A stretch of 64,000 nucleotides of DNA, taken from a virus (Duplodnaviria > Caudoviricetes). A program made the translations under genes and the position numbers. Location of the stretch: the IMG/VR virus record IMGVR_UViG_3300036985_003045; one strand, given 5' to 3'. This document shows positions 17,666 through 28,069 of this stretch, piece by piece (position 1 is the first letter of the stretch; the number at the start of each line of letters is the position of its first letter). The notes beneath the pieces are model-generated. The model worked only from the letters and a program-made list of their open reading frames with translations, ran no database searches and was not told the origin of the DNA.

Positions 17666-18316
17666 TTACTTAATGTTACGTAAAAAGTGTTGAAAGGCAA
17701 GTATTTTTTGCTCTTCTAAATTAATTGATGTTGCTTTTGTTATTGTTCTTCTAGCTTCATCAACATGTTTCTCAAACTTTCCATCAACATAAACCCAAGA
17801 TGCACCTTCCATGATTCCTTGAACCCAAGCATCTGGAGCAGATGGATCACTTACTAAATCGCCTGCAGTACTTAACATAAAATCATTTTGTACTACATTA
17901 ACACCTTCATTGTTCATTTTTAATGAACCTAAAGCGCGACTTGACGTACCAATTCTTCCACCACCTTTAAGAATACCTTCGGCAATTCTGCCCATAGGAG
18001 TATCAAGAATCTTTGCCTTTCCAATCCAATTATTACCTTCTTTTCTTAAGTTAGTAATTAGATGTGAAATTCTGTCAAGATTAATTGAAGGCGATTCAGG
18101 ATGTCCTAATTCGCCAAATGCAGAATTCTTTTCTACTTTTTCTTTAATATATCGTTGAACTTCATTATCCATAATTGATTCTGGATACATTCTTCCATTA
18201 CGATTCTTGATATTTGATTGAAGAAATACTCCTTCTACATAAAGTTGTTTACCTTTACCCAGTTTTTCCTCTACAATCATATTTAATGATTCGTTAACTT
18301 CCCTAATTAGTTTCAT
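17666..18316 (-). CDS. gp21: prohead protease
   Basis: NRNGRMYP, GELGHP, SSRALGSL, DLVSDPSAPDAWV. Confidence 0.97.
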   Translation of the reverse strand: MKLIREVNESLNMIVEEKLGKGKQLYVEGVFLQSNIKNRNGRMYPESIMDNEVQRYIKEKVEKNSAFGELGHPESPSINLDRISHLITNLRKEGNNWIGKAKILDTPMGRIAEGILKGGGRIGTSSRALGSLKMNNEGVNVVQNDFMLSTAGDLVSDPSAPDAWVQGIMEGASWVYVDGKFEKHVDEARRTITKATSINLEEQKILAFQHFLRNIK

Positions 18317-18317
18317 A

Positions 18318-18992
18318 TTAACTTCCGTATACTAATTCGTTATCAAGAGCACCAAATTGAGTGGTCTCTATTTTGCCATAATAACCTGAATTCTTTCTAA
18401 CTTTAATCCAAATTTCGCCTTGGACTGCCGCAGCAAGTTTATCTACAATAGTAACACTGATAGGATATGTTGCATTGATATTATCAGGTGGGAAATAAGT
18501 ACCCATCATATCAATAAGGTTACCATTATCTGCAAGAGGAGTAACAATACGAATACCATTTCTATCTACTTTATATATAGCACCAGGTTCGCCTGCCCAT
18601 TGCACAGCAGTAATAGAAACAGATGGAGTACCAATTATAACTTGTGTAGCATATTGAATTTTATAAGTAGTACCTGCTATAGCTACAGCACCATTTGCAG
18701 ATAATACAGCATTAGTTGCATCAGTAACTGAAGTGATAAGACCAACATAAACACCGGCACTAGTATATACTTTAGCATTGACATGAACATTAGTATCAAA
18801 ACTTGTTCCTACACCAACAATTGATGTAGCACCTGTACCTATTGTTACAGTTCCTGCACCAACAATAATATTGGCATAAGGTAACAAATCTGTCGTTAAA
18901 TTTATTATAGATGCTGCAGTATCTGAACCTGCAATTTTAATAATTGCCTCAGTTTCTGATGCTTTAATAATGGTTTTTGTTAATGCTGCCAT
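18318..18992 (-). CDS. probable virion structural protein
   Basis: Beta-rich protein in the head operon with an internal VGVGTSF...VGLITSV...VLS beta-barrel-like insert. Confidence 0.6.
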   Translation of the reverse strand: MAALTKTIIKASETEAIIKIAGSDTAASIINLTTDLLPYANIIVGAGTVTIGTGATSIVGVGTSFDTNVHVNAKVYTSAGVYVGLITSVTDATNAVLSANGAVAIAGTTYKIQYATQVIIGTPSVSITAVQWAGEPGAIYKVDRNGIRIVTPLADNGNLIDMMGTYFPPDNINATYPISVTIVDKLAAAVQGEIWIKVRKNSGYYGKIETTQFGALDNELVYGS

Positions 18993-18994
18993 CT

Positions 18995-19552
18995 TTATTC
19001 CTTAATGATTACATCGAGTATTTTTAGGAAGTTATCCGAACTTTCTTTCATGAACTCGACAACCTCTACTTTATTTTCTAGTAAGTTATTTATATCTTGT
19101 TGGGTTTGAATATCTATTGCAATAACTGATTCATCTTCTAGAATGTAATGTATTTTACCATTAATAATAGAATCAAATTCATTCATTTCACGAATATTAG
19201 AAACAACTGGATCAATAGAAAAGGATTTGTCAGAAGCTATTTTAATATACTGTTCGACTATTTTATTCGTGACTTTGATATTATGTTCTTCTTTAATTAT
19301 GTCGGCAATTTTTAATATATTTTCAGAAAAGAATTCTTCATGTAAATTATTGATAATATCTTTTGCTTGCTCTGAATATTTAATATAATTTTTTGCTTCT
19401 GACAAATTTTTAAATTGAGTTACTTCATTATTAATTAGTATATTATTATCATTAGTTCTCTGAATAGTATTACCAAAGTAATGGGCACACTCCTGTATAC
19501 CCATACCTGATACCGTTTCTTTTAACTTTTTAGAAAACTGTGAATAATACAT
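18995..19552 (-). CDS. gp68: prohead core protein gp68-like
   Basis: C-terminal LEDESVIAID...FMKESSDNF pattern; position between gp67 and gp21. Confidence 0.6.
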   Translation of the reverse strand: MYYSQFSKKLKETVSGMGIQECAHYFGNTIQRTNDNNILINNEVTQFKNLSEAKNYIKYSEQAKDIINNLHEEFFSENILKIADIIKEEHNIKVTNKIVEQYIKIASDKSFSIDPVVSNIREMNEFDSIINGKIHYILEDESVIAIDIQTQQDINNLLENKVEVVEFMKESSDNFLKILDVIIKE

Positions 19553-20394
19553 TAGTCTTTAGTCATTTTGTCGACTGCTTTACCAATACCTTTTTCGCGT
19601 TTAGAAGCAATTTGACCAGATTTTGACCATTTTTCGCCTTTACCTAGAGCTTCACCACTAATAATAGCATTTGTAGTGGCTTTCTTTACATAAGAACCTA
19701 GAGTCTTTTTAGACAATTCGTCTAGTTGTTCAAACTCTTCTGACATCATAAAATCTTCTAGTTCTTCAATTGAATAATCTTCAAGAGCGAATTCTTCTTT
19801 AGTCAATTTACCAATTGCTGTAGCAACACCTGCTTTTCTATTTTTTTCTTTTCTCATTGTCTTTTCATCACGAGAATAAGCAAACGCATCAGCATCGCCA
19901 CGACCTGATTTGAAATTAGAAGCTGCAGTATGTTTCATCAATTGATCATGAGCTTTATTTACATAAGAGCCTAGAGTCTTTTTGCTTATCTCATCAAGTT
20001 GTTCAAAGTCTTCAGACATCATAAAATCTTCTAGTTCTTCAATTGAATAATCTTCTAGAGTAAGTTCTTCTAATTCAACTTCTTCTCTAGTTAATTTTTT
20101 CTTTGCTTTTGCTTTTTCTTGATCGATAAAACTTTGAGTAGTTCCACCTTTAGCATGGTGTTTTATTAATTTATCTTTAAATTTTGGATGTTTAGGATCC
20201 CATGTTTCATATGCATCGCTTGAATCATATGATTCATCAACTGAACCAAACATACCTTGAGCAACATCAACTCTCATACTATCTAAACGGTCAGATATTT
20301 TACTAGCCATTACAGAGTTAAAACTATCTTCAATTGCTAACGTATCGCCTTCAGCAATTGATAACACTAAATCTCTAATTGATTCTTTCAACAT
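19552..20394 (-). CDS. gp67: prohead core protein gp67-like, extended by repeated acidic/basic modules
   Basis: N-terminal F..VM..KI.D.L..MR..VA..MF pattern directly after the portal gene; internal duplication LEDYSIEELEDFMMSE.FEQLDE.SKKTLGSYV.KA. Confidence 0.7.
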   Translation of the reverse strand: MLKESIRDLVLSIAEGDTLAIEDSFNSVMASKISDRLDSMRVDVAQGMFGSVDESYDSSDAYETWDPKHPKFKDKLIKHHAKGGTTQSFIDQEKAKAKKKLTREEVELEELTLEDYSIEELEDFMMSEDFEQLDEISKKTLGSYVNKAHDQLMKHTAASNFKSGRGDADAFAYSRDEKTMRKEKNRKAGVATAIGKLTKEEFALEDYSIEELEDFMMSEEFEQLDELSKKTLGSYVKKATTNAIISGEALGKGEKWSKSGQIASKREKGIGKAVDKMTKD

Positions 20395-20409
20395 TATTGG
20401 TATCCTTAA

Positions 20410-21897
20410 TTATTGGGCACTTTGTGCGTCTTCTGGTACAGGTGGAGGATTTGCTTTATTTTGAGCAGAAATTTCTTTTATATCTTCATCAGATTGCATT
20501 AATACATTCTTCTGAATCCATTCAATACTATAATATTTGCCTACATACAAATCAATTTGCTGTAGAGTTACAATACGTTGATTAAGAACTTCACTTTCTT
20601 TTAATTCTGAAAAGTAATTATCTTTTTGGAAATCAAAATGAATACTTTGTTTCATATCGAACCATTCATCATCTCGAATGATACCTTTAGAAATCAATTG
20701 TATTCTCAATGCATCTACAAGTAGATTAGAAAACTTTTTACGTAATCGTGTAACAAATTTATTAAACTTAACTTCTTCACGAGTAATTTCAGTAGAACGA
20801 CCTATACTAAAACCTTGAGAAGGTTGTAATCTTCCTAAAGGAACATTCAAAGCTTGATATAATTTACTTTGAAAGTATTGTACATCTTCTATTTGACCTA
20901 GAGTTTGTCCGCCTGGTAAAGTAGTGATTTCTGTACCCTTGCCGCCTTCTCTTCTTGGCATCCAGAAATCTTCCATCATAGACAAATGTTTACGATCATC
21001 TCTTGTTTCACCAGTAGTAGCATCATAAACAATTTTATTACGAAACTTATTCATAATATCATTTACATACTGTTCTGCTTTTAACTTAGGTAAGTTACCC
21101 ACATCAATATAGAATATACGTCTTTCAGGTGCTCTAGATATCCGATATATTACTACAGCATCTTCAATCATTTTTAACTGATTGGTAGGTTTAACTGCTT
21201 TATGTAGATGACCTAAAGTCATCCCTGAATTAGGATCTATTAAACCGCTCGGGCAATAGATAACTGAATCAAGAGATAGTTTAACACCTTGTGATGTTTG
21301 CTCACTAATTCCTTTATCATTATAGATGTAAAATTCATCTATAGATTTAACAACATCAATACCTTTTTCATTACGTTGTTTCATTACGTTCTTGATCTTT
21401 CTTATTTTTCTTGGATCAATTTTACGTAATTCTGTAATACCTTTTTTGATATTAGCAGGATCAATTAATACTTGATAGTATACTCTACCATCTATGTACC
21501 ATTGACGGAAAATGTCTGGACCGAATTCTTCGAAATCAAATAGTTTTAATACTTCTTCGAATTCATCGGTGATTTTTTTCTTAATACCATCTGAAACTTT
21601 TAAATTATCCAGATTAAGTTCAATAGATTTATCATCTTCAGTTATAATTGATTCATTAACAATATCTGTTATAGCAGAATCACAATCAGAATATTGAGCA
21701 ACTTCTCGGTATCGACGGATAAGATCATTTTCATTCTTGACAATAGAATCCATATCAAGAACAAGACCATAATAATTCGCAGCACCTGATGCTGTTGTTA
21801 TTACAGTACTACCGTCTTCCGAACTTGGTGGAACTACACTAAGCGGATTTTCCTTGACGGATTTCTTCTTACCCAACTCGATACCAAAAATTTGCAT
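20410..21897 (-). CDS. gp20: portal protein
   Basis: FRQWYIDGR, IYRISRAPERRIFYIDVGNLPK, EDFWMPRREGGKGTEITTLPGG. Confidence 0.99.
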   Translation of the reverse strand: MQIFGIELGKKKSVKENPLSVVPPSSEDGSTVITTASGAANYYGLVLDMDSIVKNENDLIRRYREVAQYSDCDSAITDIVNESIITEDDKSIELNLDNLKVSDGIKKKITDEFEEVLKLFDFEEFGPDIFRQWYIDGRVYYQVLIDPANIKKGITELRKIDPRKIRKIKNVMKQRNEKGIDVVKSIDEFYIYNDKGISEQTSQGVKLSLDSVIYCPSGLIDPNSGMTLGHLHKAVKPTNQLKMIEDAVVIYRISRAPERRIFYIDVGNLPKLKAEQYVNDIMNKFRNKIVYDATTGETRDDRKHLSMMEDFWMPRREGGKGTEITTLPGGQTLGQIEDVQYFQSKLYQALNVPLGRLQPSQGFSIGRSTEITREEVKFNKFVTRLRKKFSNLLVDALRIQLISKGIIRDDEWFDMKQSIHFDFQKDNYFSELKESEVLNQRIVTLQQIDLYVGKYYSIEWIQKNVLMQSDEDIKEISAQNKANPPPVPEDAQSAQ

Positions 21898-21927
21898 ATT
21901 TTATCTCAAAATTATAATGAAAAATGA

Positions 21928-22530
21928 TTAGAAACTAAATGGAATTGTTCCAACTGGAGTATCAATTGATATGTTAGTACCAAAAGAAGCACCATCAGTA
22001 TCTGTACCAGTATTTGATGTAAAGTAGTTATATGTAAATTCTACATCAAAAGTTTCAAGTTGGTTTATTACATCAAAGTCTAATTGAATAGGACTAATAG
22101 TTGTTGGATATGCATCAGCAAATTTATATACTTTTAAAGTAGCACCATTACGATCTAATTGATGAACTTCTAAATCAACTTGATAATCAGAAGGATTTGT
22201 TTTACCTTCAGTAGCTGCATATCTTTGAATACCTGACTGCCAAGATTCAAATGCATTACGTAAACCAAATGTTGTATCATTAATAAGTGTTACAGTCCAT
22301 GGTTGGAAAGTACGTTCTCCTGCAATATTAACAACTCTACCTCTGTACGGAACTTCTACATTAGTTATAGTAGATCCAGGAAGTTGAGCTGCTTTACATA
22401 AGAATTGTGCTCTTGATCCTTCAAATGCGCCGGCTGACACATAAGCCGGAAAATTTAAATATGCTCTAAATTGATTGGCTCTTGCTCCGCCTCCAATCAA
22501 CTGAGATTTAAAATCTGATATATTTGCCAT
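21928..22530 (-). CDS. gp19: tail tube protein
   Basis: GGARANQF...FLCKAAQLPGS...AGERTFQPWTVT. Confidence 0.96.
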   Translation of the reverse strand: MANISDFKSQLIGGGARANQFRAYLNFPAYVSAGAFEGSRAQFLCKAAQLPGSTITNVEVPYRGRVVNIAGERTFQPWTVTLINDTTFGLRNAFESWQSGIQRYAATEGKTNPSDYQVDLEVHQLDRNGATLKVYKFADAYPTTISPIQLDFDVINQLETFDVEFTYNYFTSNTGTDTDGASFGTNISIDTPVGTIPFSF

Positions 22531-22560
22531 TTTTTATTCCTTAGGTGTATGACTTTATAT

Positions 22561-22568
22561 TATTTATA
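22561..22568 (-). promoter_or_regulatory. late promoter TATAAATA
   Basis: Exact consensus upstream of gp19. Confidence 0.8.
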
Positions 22569-22571
22569 GTT

Positions 22572-22599
22572 AAAGCTGGGAGTGTATTTCAACTCCCAA
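22572..22599 (-). terminator. probable terminator/hairpin after gp18
   Basis: GGGAGU...ACUCCC stem with only a short U run. Confidence 0.5.
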
Positions 22600-22606
22600 A
22601 TACTAA

Positions 22607-24529
22607 TTAACCGCCAATTTCAGAGAAACTAATACCACTTCTTACTGCTATAAAGTTTAAAGTAATATAGTTAATTGATCGTGCAGGTTTAACATAAATA
22701 TCGCCTACAAATTCATTACGATCAATTACTTCACCGGTATTATTAGTATCATCACAAATTACTCTAAAATCAATAACACCACGACGACCTTTAACATCTC
22801 TCAAAAATGGTTCAACAATATTTTTGAATTGAGCTCTTGTAAATGCATCATTAAATTCGAATAATTGATATTTAGATGCAGTAGCAATTGCTTTTTCAAG
22901 AACAATAAACAATCTACGAACATTGATACGATCAAATGCAGATGGTTTTGCCAATAATGTTTTATCACCAAATAATACAGTGCCTTGTCCAGGAAATGTA
23001 ACTACTGGATTAACGCCATTTTTATATACAGAATCTCTATCTATTTTAGATAAATTAGCGGCAAGTTTAACAACATTTTTAACTTGACCTCTATTATAAC
23101 CTGCAGGAGACCACCAAGCATCATTAGTATAATCAGTACGTGCAGTCATACCGGCGATATCACCATTTAGTGGTACCCAACGATATTTATCATTATAACG
23201 ATCATATTGATACTTATAACCAGAATCCATAATACCATAAGAAGATGATGTTAATCCATTTCTATAAGCATTAATTTTATCAGTCACAGTAGAACCTGAA
23301 CCAATAATAGCATCGCCGGTAGATATATCTTGTGGAGATACAAATACAACACAATCTTTACGAACTTCTGCAATATTTTGAATTACATAATTTGCAGTAA
23401 TAAAATTTGATTTACCTACTGGTATTAAGCTAATATCATATTGACTATCGTTTAAATATAATTCCCAAGATGTTACTGCATACGCGCCATCAGAATCAAC
23501 AAAGTCATCTAGAGCGCCTGAAAATGAATCATTCAAAGCTCCTTTTAAAGGAGCATATGAAGCACTTGCAACTACAGCAGTACCCCAAGCAGTACCTGTA
23601 CCGGAAATATTTGCAGTATGATCCATCCACCAAATATATTGTGAACGTGTATTAATTACTTCTTTATAATAGTTAATTGTACCATCATATTTTTTAGCAT
23701 CTGATACTTTTGAAACATAAGCAAATTTTTCTAGAATTGTACCTTTTATTCCAGAGAATACACCATCTTCATCAATAACAATAATATGTAATTCATCATA
23801 AAGAGCATTAGAATTAGCAACATAATCTGAAGTTCCAGGCGCAGAATCAAATTGAGCATTATATGCCCAGTCAGCTTTCAATGCAGTACCTGCAGGAACA
23901 GAAATTACGGATCCAGGAGCTTCTAAAGTTAATGAAGTATTAGATTCAATAGATTTAACAGTACCAATAATTACACCAGCATCTGTTTTAAGGATAGCTC
24001 CTACATGAAGTTCTGTAACAAACAGTGTACTTACACCAACAACAGTAGTTCCACCAATAGGAACAATACTTGAAGATGTAACACTAGACAAAACTAAATT
24101 TTTAAATGTTAGTCTATCCGCCATTGAAACTTTCAATGAATTACCTAAAATACCTGCATATTTTGCTGCCCATAAGCAGTCATATGTTGAGGTAACTAAA
24201 TCATCATAAGCATCTACATTTTTAATTTTAACAGCAGTACCACCGGTACTGACGGCATTAACTGAAGCAAGAGAATCAATTCTAGATATGTATAGACTGT
24301 TTGTATATGACAAAAAGTTTGCTGCAGTAAAAAATGATTCAAAAGTACTATCATTAGGTTTGCCAAATTGTTTTATTAATTCGACTTCTGATGATAATTG
24401 TACTGGGTATTCGATTGGACCCCACTGGAACTTACCTGCAAATGCTCCAGTAGATGATGAAACAGCTGGCACAATATTAGTAAAATCTTTCTCTACTATT
24501 GTAACTCCTGGCGATAGTGCATATGCCAT
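22607..24529 (-). CDS. gp18: tail sheath protein
   Basis: SPGVTIVEKD, F.WGP, WWSPAGYNRG, RINVRRLFIVLEKAI, KPARSINYITLNF. Confidence 0.98.
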   Translation of the reverse strand: MAYALSPGVTIVEKDFTNIVPAVSSSTGAFAGKFQWGPIEYPVQLSSEVELIKQFGKPNDSTFESFFTAANFLSYTNSLYISRIDSLASVNAVSTGGTAVKIKNVDAYDDLVTSTYDCLWAAKYAGILGNSLKVSMADRLTFKNLVLSSVTSSSIVPIGGTTVVGVSTLFVTELHVGAILKTDAGVIIGTVKSIESNTSLTLEAPGSVISVPAGTALKADWAYNAQFDSAPGTSDYVANSNALYDELHIIVIDEDGVFSGIKGTILEKFAYVSKVSDAKKYDGTINYYKEVINTRSQYIWWMDHTANISGTGTAWGTAVVASASYAPLKGALNDSFSGALDDFVDSDGAYAVTSWELYLNDSQYDISLIPVGKSNFITANYVIQNIAEVRKDCVVFVSPQDISTGDAIIGSGSTVTDKINAYRNGLTSSSYGIMDSGYKYQYDRYNDKYRWVPLNGDIAGMTARTDYTNDAWWSPAGYNRGQVKNVVKLAANLSKIDRDSVYKNGVNPVVTFPGQGTVLFGDKTLLAKPSAFDRINVRRLFIVLEKAIATASKYQLFEFNDAFTRAQFKNIVEPFLRDVKGRRGVIDFRVICDDTNNTGEVIDRNEFVGDIYVKPARSINYITLNFIAVRSGISFSEIGG

Positions 24530-24588
24530 TTAAATTCTCCTAAGAAATAATATTCTGGGTATACGATGAATCATTTGATTCATTGTAT

Positions 24589-24596
24589 TATTTATA
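24589..24596 (-). promoter_or_regulatory. late promoter TATAAATA
   Basis: Exact consensus upstream of gp18. Confidence 0.8.
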
Positions 24597-24608
24597 AAAA
24601 CTAGTATT

Positions 24609-26210
24609 TCAGAAATTGAGAAGCATAATAGGTGCTTCTAATTCTATTTGTCCATCATCATAAAAACCGAATGGTGTTAATTCTTCTTCAATTAATCTCA
24701 TTTGATTTTGATACATTATTTGTCTAAGTTCTACGTTATTTAATTCTTTAAAATATGGTTGAGTTGTTAACCATGAGAAAATAACGAGACCCATTACTAA
24801 ATCATCCTTATAACTATCATCCGCTGCATATGAATCTTTAACTTCAATAAAAGTAGATAGTTCAGAAATAGTATCCATATCATTAATAAGCAATTTATTT
24901 TCTACTAATAATGATTTTAAATTGGCACAACCAATTCTTTTAGTTTTTTTATCAGTGTTTACACCTAAATATGGTCTGCCACCAAATCCACCTCCGGCAG
25001 ATTGTCCTTTATCTAATCCCTTTGGTTTTTTATTTATAATAATCATATTTTCATATTCTAACTCATGATGTAAAATATGTGCCACCTGTTCAGATATATT
25101 TATCTCAATTAAAACATGTGCATTATTATAATCTTTTGCTACTTTATATATTATATTTGGAAATAATAAAGGACTTATATGATTATCTTTATACTTAGCA
25201 ACTTGTTTGTATGGTATTTCTGATATGTCAATCACTTGAATTACCGAATTATCACCACCGACACCTTTAGACGGATCAACTGTCATTACATAATTTCTGC
25301 CTCTTTCAGGTGCATCAAAAACATCTAATCCTTCTCTTGTATATTCAATAACACTTGGAGTTAGTTTAGATAAAGTATCAGGCGGTATCAAAGTTAAACT
25401 AGAACCTAAAAATGAACATTCAACTTCTTGGCAGTACTTAAGATCACCTAATTGTCTTCGTTGTTCTTCTGCCCAAGCAGCATCTCTACCTGGAATTTCC
25501 CAATAAGGAATAAACAGCGGTATAAAGTCATTATGACCTTTTTCTGCATCTGTCCAAAACTTCCAAAAATGATTATAACCAAGTGGAGTAGAACTTAGTA
25601 AAATTTTAGATGTTTGTCCTGAAGAAATTGTAGGATAAACAGAAGTAAAAAACTCATCAGCTACTGTATTTGGAATAAAAGCAGTTTCATCAATATAAAG
25701 CATATTAACGGTTTTACCACGAATACCAGAACCTGTAGTAGCAGCGGTAAATACTTTTGACTTATTTTCTAATTCAATATCACCTTTATTCCAAGTTGTT
25801 ACTCCACATTTTAACCAATCAGGTAATAACTCAAACATTAGTTGAAGTCTACTCATTACCTCTCTTGCTGCAGCAGATTTATTTGCAAGAATTGCTACAT
25901 TTTTGGCATCATTAAAATTAACATACCAAAGAATATATGCTGCAGAAGTTTGAGTTTTACCCTGTTGACGACCTTCCATGAGAATAACTTTACGATTCTC
26001 ATGTATTATCTTTACCTTTCTTTTTTGGCAATCATAAAGATTAAACGGTACAATACCGTGGTCAATTGAAATAATTTTACAATAACTATCTATAAAATAA
26101 ATAGGATCTTGTGCACACTTAATATATTCTTGTACTTGTTCTTGAGTATATTGAACTTGTACATTTGCTGCTTTTAAATTAGGATTGCTATTATATGTTA
26201 ATGATGCCAT
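24609..26210 (-). CDS. gp17: terminase large subunit
   Basis: RQQGKT, YIDETAF, SSTPLGYNHFWK, VDPSKG, DDLVMGL. Confidence 0.98.
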   Translation of the reverse strand: MASLTYNSNPNLKAANVQVQYTQEQVQEYIKCAQDPIYFIDSYCKIISIDHGIVPFNLYDCQKRKVKIIHENRKVILMEGRQQGKTQTSAAYILWYVNFNDAKNVAILANKSAAAREVMSRLQLMFELLPDWLKCGVTTWNKGDIELENKSKVFTAATTGSGIRGKTVNMLYIDETAFIPNTVADEFFTSVYPTISSGQTSKILLSSTPLGYNHFWKFWTDAEKGHNDFIPLFIPYWEIPGRDAAWAEEQRRQLGDLKYCQEVECSFLGSSLTLIPPDTLSKLTPSVIEYTREGLDVFDAPERGRNYVMTVDPSKGVGGDNSVIQVIDISEIPYKQVAKYKDNHISPLLFPNIIYKVAKDYNNAHVLIEINISEQVAHILHHELEYENMIIINKKPKGLDKGQSAGGGFGGRPYLGVNTDKKTKRIGCANLKSLLVENKLLINDMDTISELSTFIEVKDSYAADDSYKDDLVMGLVIFSWLTTQPYFKELNNVELRQIMYQNQMRLIEEELTPFGFYDDGQIELEAPIMLLNF

Positions 26211-26225
26211 AATAAAACTAATCTA

Positions 26226-26420
26226 TTAAATAGATCGTCTTTCCTTATCAATTTTAACATTTACTTTAGTGATTGCTTTATTAGCACCGGTAATACGTGT
26301 ACGCGCTTTATCCATATCACCTTTTTCAATTGCAGACCGCCTTTCTACTTCATTTTTATCAAGATACTTATTTAATGTACTCTTTGATAATTCTGAAATT
26401 AATTCTTTATAACTTTTCAT
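26226..26420 (-). CDS. small basic protein, stand-alone copy of the ELSKxTL cassette
   Basis: ISELSKSTLNKY...RITGANKAITK matches modules in gp22 and gp67. Confidence 0.7.
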   Translation of the reverse strand: MKSYKELISELSKSTLNKYLDKNEVERRSAIEKGDMDKARTRITGANKAITKVNVKIDKERRSI

Positions 26421-27161
26421 TTAAAATTCCTCTAACCAAGACTCTGATATAATACTACCATCTATAGGATCACCAATAGCAGTATAATTAGCAGTAGATT
26501 CATTAGTAACAATATCATTAATATTAGCTTTAACAGTAGTAATAATACCACTTGTACTATTTCCGCTAAATAAATTTAATTTCAAAGTGAAATTTAATGT
26601 ATGAGTTACAAATCTTCTAGTAGTAAAATCTCCATCATAATCATCTTGAACTGAAATGCTATTTAAAATAATAGGAATGTCTTGAATAACATTCATTTCA
26701 GGAACCGCATTAATTGATAATGTGTATTCAGGAGTAAATGTAGGTAAAATTTGTTCTATTATTTGTAATGCATCTTCTTGAGTTTTTGTCAAAATATACA
26801 ATGAAATATCAAGATTATATGGAACAACAGAACTTAATGTACTTAGAGAACTTAAACCATCACCACATTTTATTTGTTGCATTCTATTTGTTTTTCTTAC
26901 AGAATCATAAGAATAACCGGTAATTTCAAAGGATATTCTAGGCAATGACGTATAAGTATGATTTTCAAGAGTAGGATCAGAATCTATTCTTACTATCCAT
27001 TTTTCCTTAGGTGCATATCCTACGGGAACTTTTAAGGTTTGAATTGTAGTTCCAGTAACAGAACCACCTTCTTTTCTTTCTATTTTAATATTAGAAAAAA
27101 GACTGCCAAAACCAATAATAGTTTTTCTTATAATTCCGTGATAAAATGGAGTTTCGTACAT
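26421..27161 (-). CDS. gp15: tail sheath stabiliser / neck protein
   Basis: FYHGIIRKTIIGFGSLFSNI...LPRISFEITG...QIIEQILPTFTP. Confidence 0.95.
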   Translation of the reverse strand: MYETPFYHGIIRKTIIGFGSLFSNIKIERKEGGSVTGTTIQTLKVPVGYAPKEKWIVRIDSDPTLENHTYTSLPRISFEITGYSYDSVRKTNRMQQIKCGDGLSSLSTLSSVVPYNLDISLYILTKTQEDALQIIEQILPTFTPEYTLSINAVPEMNVIQDIPIILNSISVQDDYDGDFTTRRFVTHTLNFTLKLNLFSGNSTSGIITTVKANINDIVTNESTANYTAIGDPIDGSIISESWLEEF

Positions 27162-28066
27162 TAAATATCTCCGAACGGATTATTAGTATTCCATACAACT
27201 GTAGATGCTTCATCTAAAAATGAGTTGTTATCACCATATGAATCTGGTTTATCTATATTAACATTAACCACAGCTTCAATAAGTGCTCCAGTCCCATTTC
27301 CAATTATTTCAACAAAAGGTATTACTTTATAACCTGTACCAGGATTAGTGATAATAATATCAACAATTTTACCTGCATTACTTCCAGTTCCAATAACTGG
27401 CGTTGCAGTTGCTCCATATCCAGTAGAAGATGTAAATTCAACTGTAGCAGTTGAATATGCTGATCCAGTATTTGTAATATTAATAGTTGTTACCTCACCA
27501 AAATTACTATCTGCGATATCAGTAGAGAATGTTTTTAATGATTCAAATACATCAATATCAGTATGACCGGTATCAATTCTTTCAGATGCATATTGGAACA
27601 ATTCTACTTGAAGTTTATAAACATATAATTTGCCTAATTGATAGAACGGATCTTGATGTTGTACAAATTTAATTTCAAATAAACCTTTTGACAATGGGAA
27701 ATAAATTAAGTCACCTTCATTGGGTCTAGTAGGTACAGTTGTTACACCATATCTGCCGACAAATTGTTCCCATCTTCTTCTAGCAACAACAAGCGTTGCT
27801 GATTGTTCTACCATCAGGCCAAATTTTTGGATCATGAATCCTTGGCCACCGAATGAATCAATATTTTCAAAATACATTTCAATTGGAAATGCAGTCTTAA
27901 ATTGGGATAATCTATCTTCTCCTAAAATATTATCCTTTGCAACTAATGTTCTAGGGATATACATCACTTCATTTCCATACATACGAAGTGATTCAATGAT
28001 CAGATCTTCTACAAGATATTGTTCGTTTTTAGTACCATGTGTAAAATATACATTAGTTGTTGTCAT
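27161..28066 (-). CDS. gp14: neck protein gp14 (with insertion)
   Basis: EQYLVEDLIIESLRMYG...PNEGDLIYFP...FYQLGK...NNPFG. Confidence 0.95.
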   Translation of the reverse strand: MTTTNVYFTHGTKNEQYLVEDLIIESLRMYGNEVMYIPRTLVAKDNILGEDRLSQFKTAFPIEMYFENIDSFGGQGFMIQKFGLMVEQSATLVVARRRWEQFVGRYGVTTVPTRPNEGDLIYFPLSKGLFEIKFVQHQDPFYQLGKLYVYKLQVELFQYASERIDTGHTDIDVFESLKTFSTDIADSNFGEVTTINITNTGSAYSTATVEFTSSTGYGATATPVIGTGSNAGKIVDIIITNPGTGYKVIPFVEIIGNGTGALIEAVVNVNIDKPDSYGDNNSFLDEASTVVWNTNNPFGDI

Positions 28067-28069
28067 GAT

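Noticed and set aside
12526-26210. Introns, inteins or homing endonucleases in uvsW, gp23, gp20, gp18 and gp17
   Set aside because: These genes are uninterrupted and of ordinary length, with no LAGLIDADG, HNH, GIY-YIG or intein splice motifs seen.
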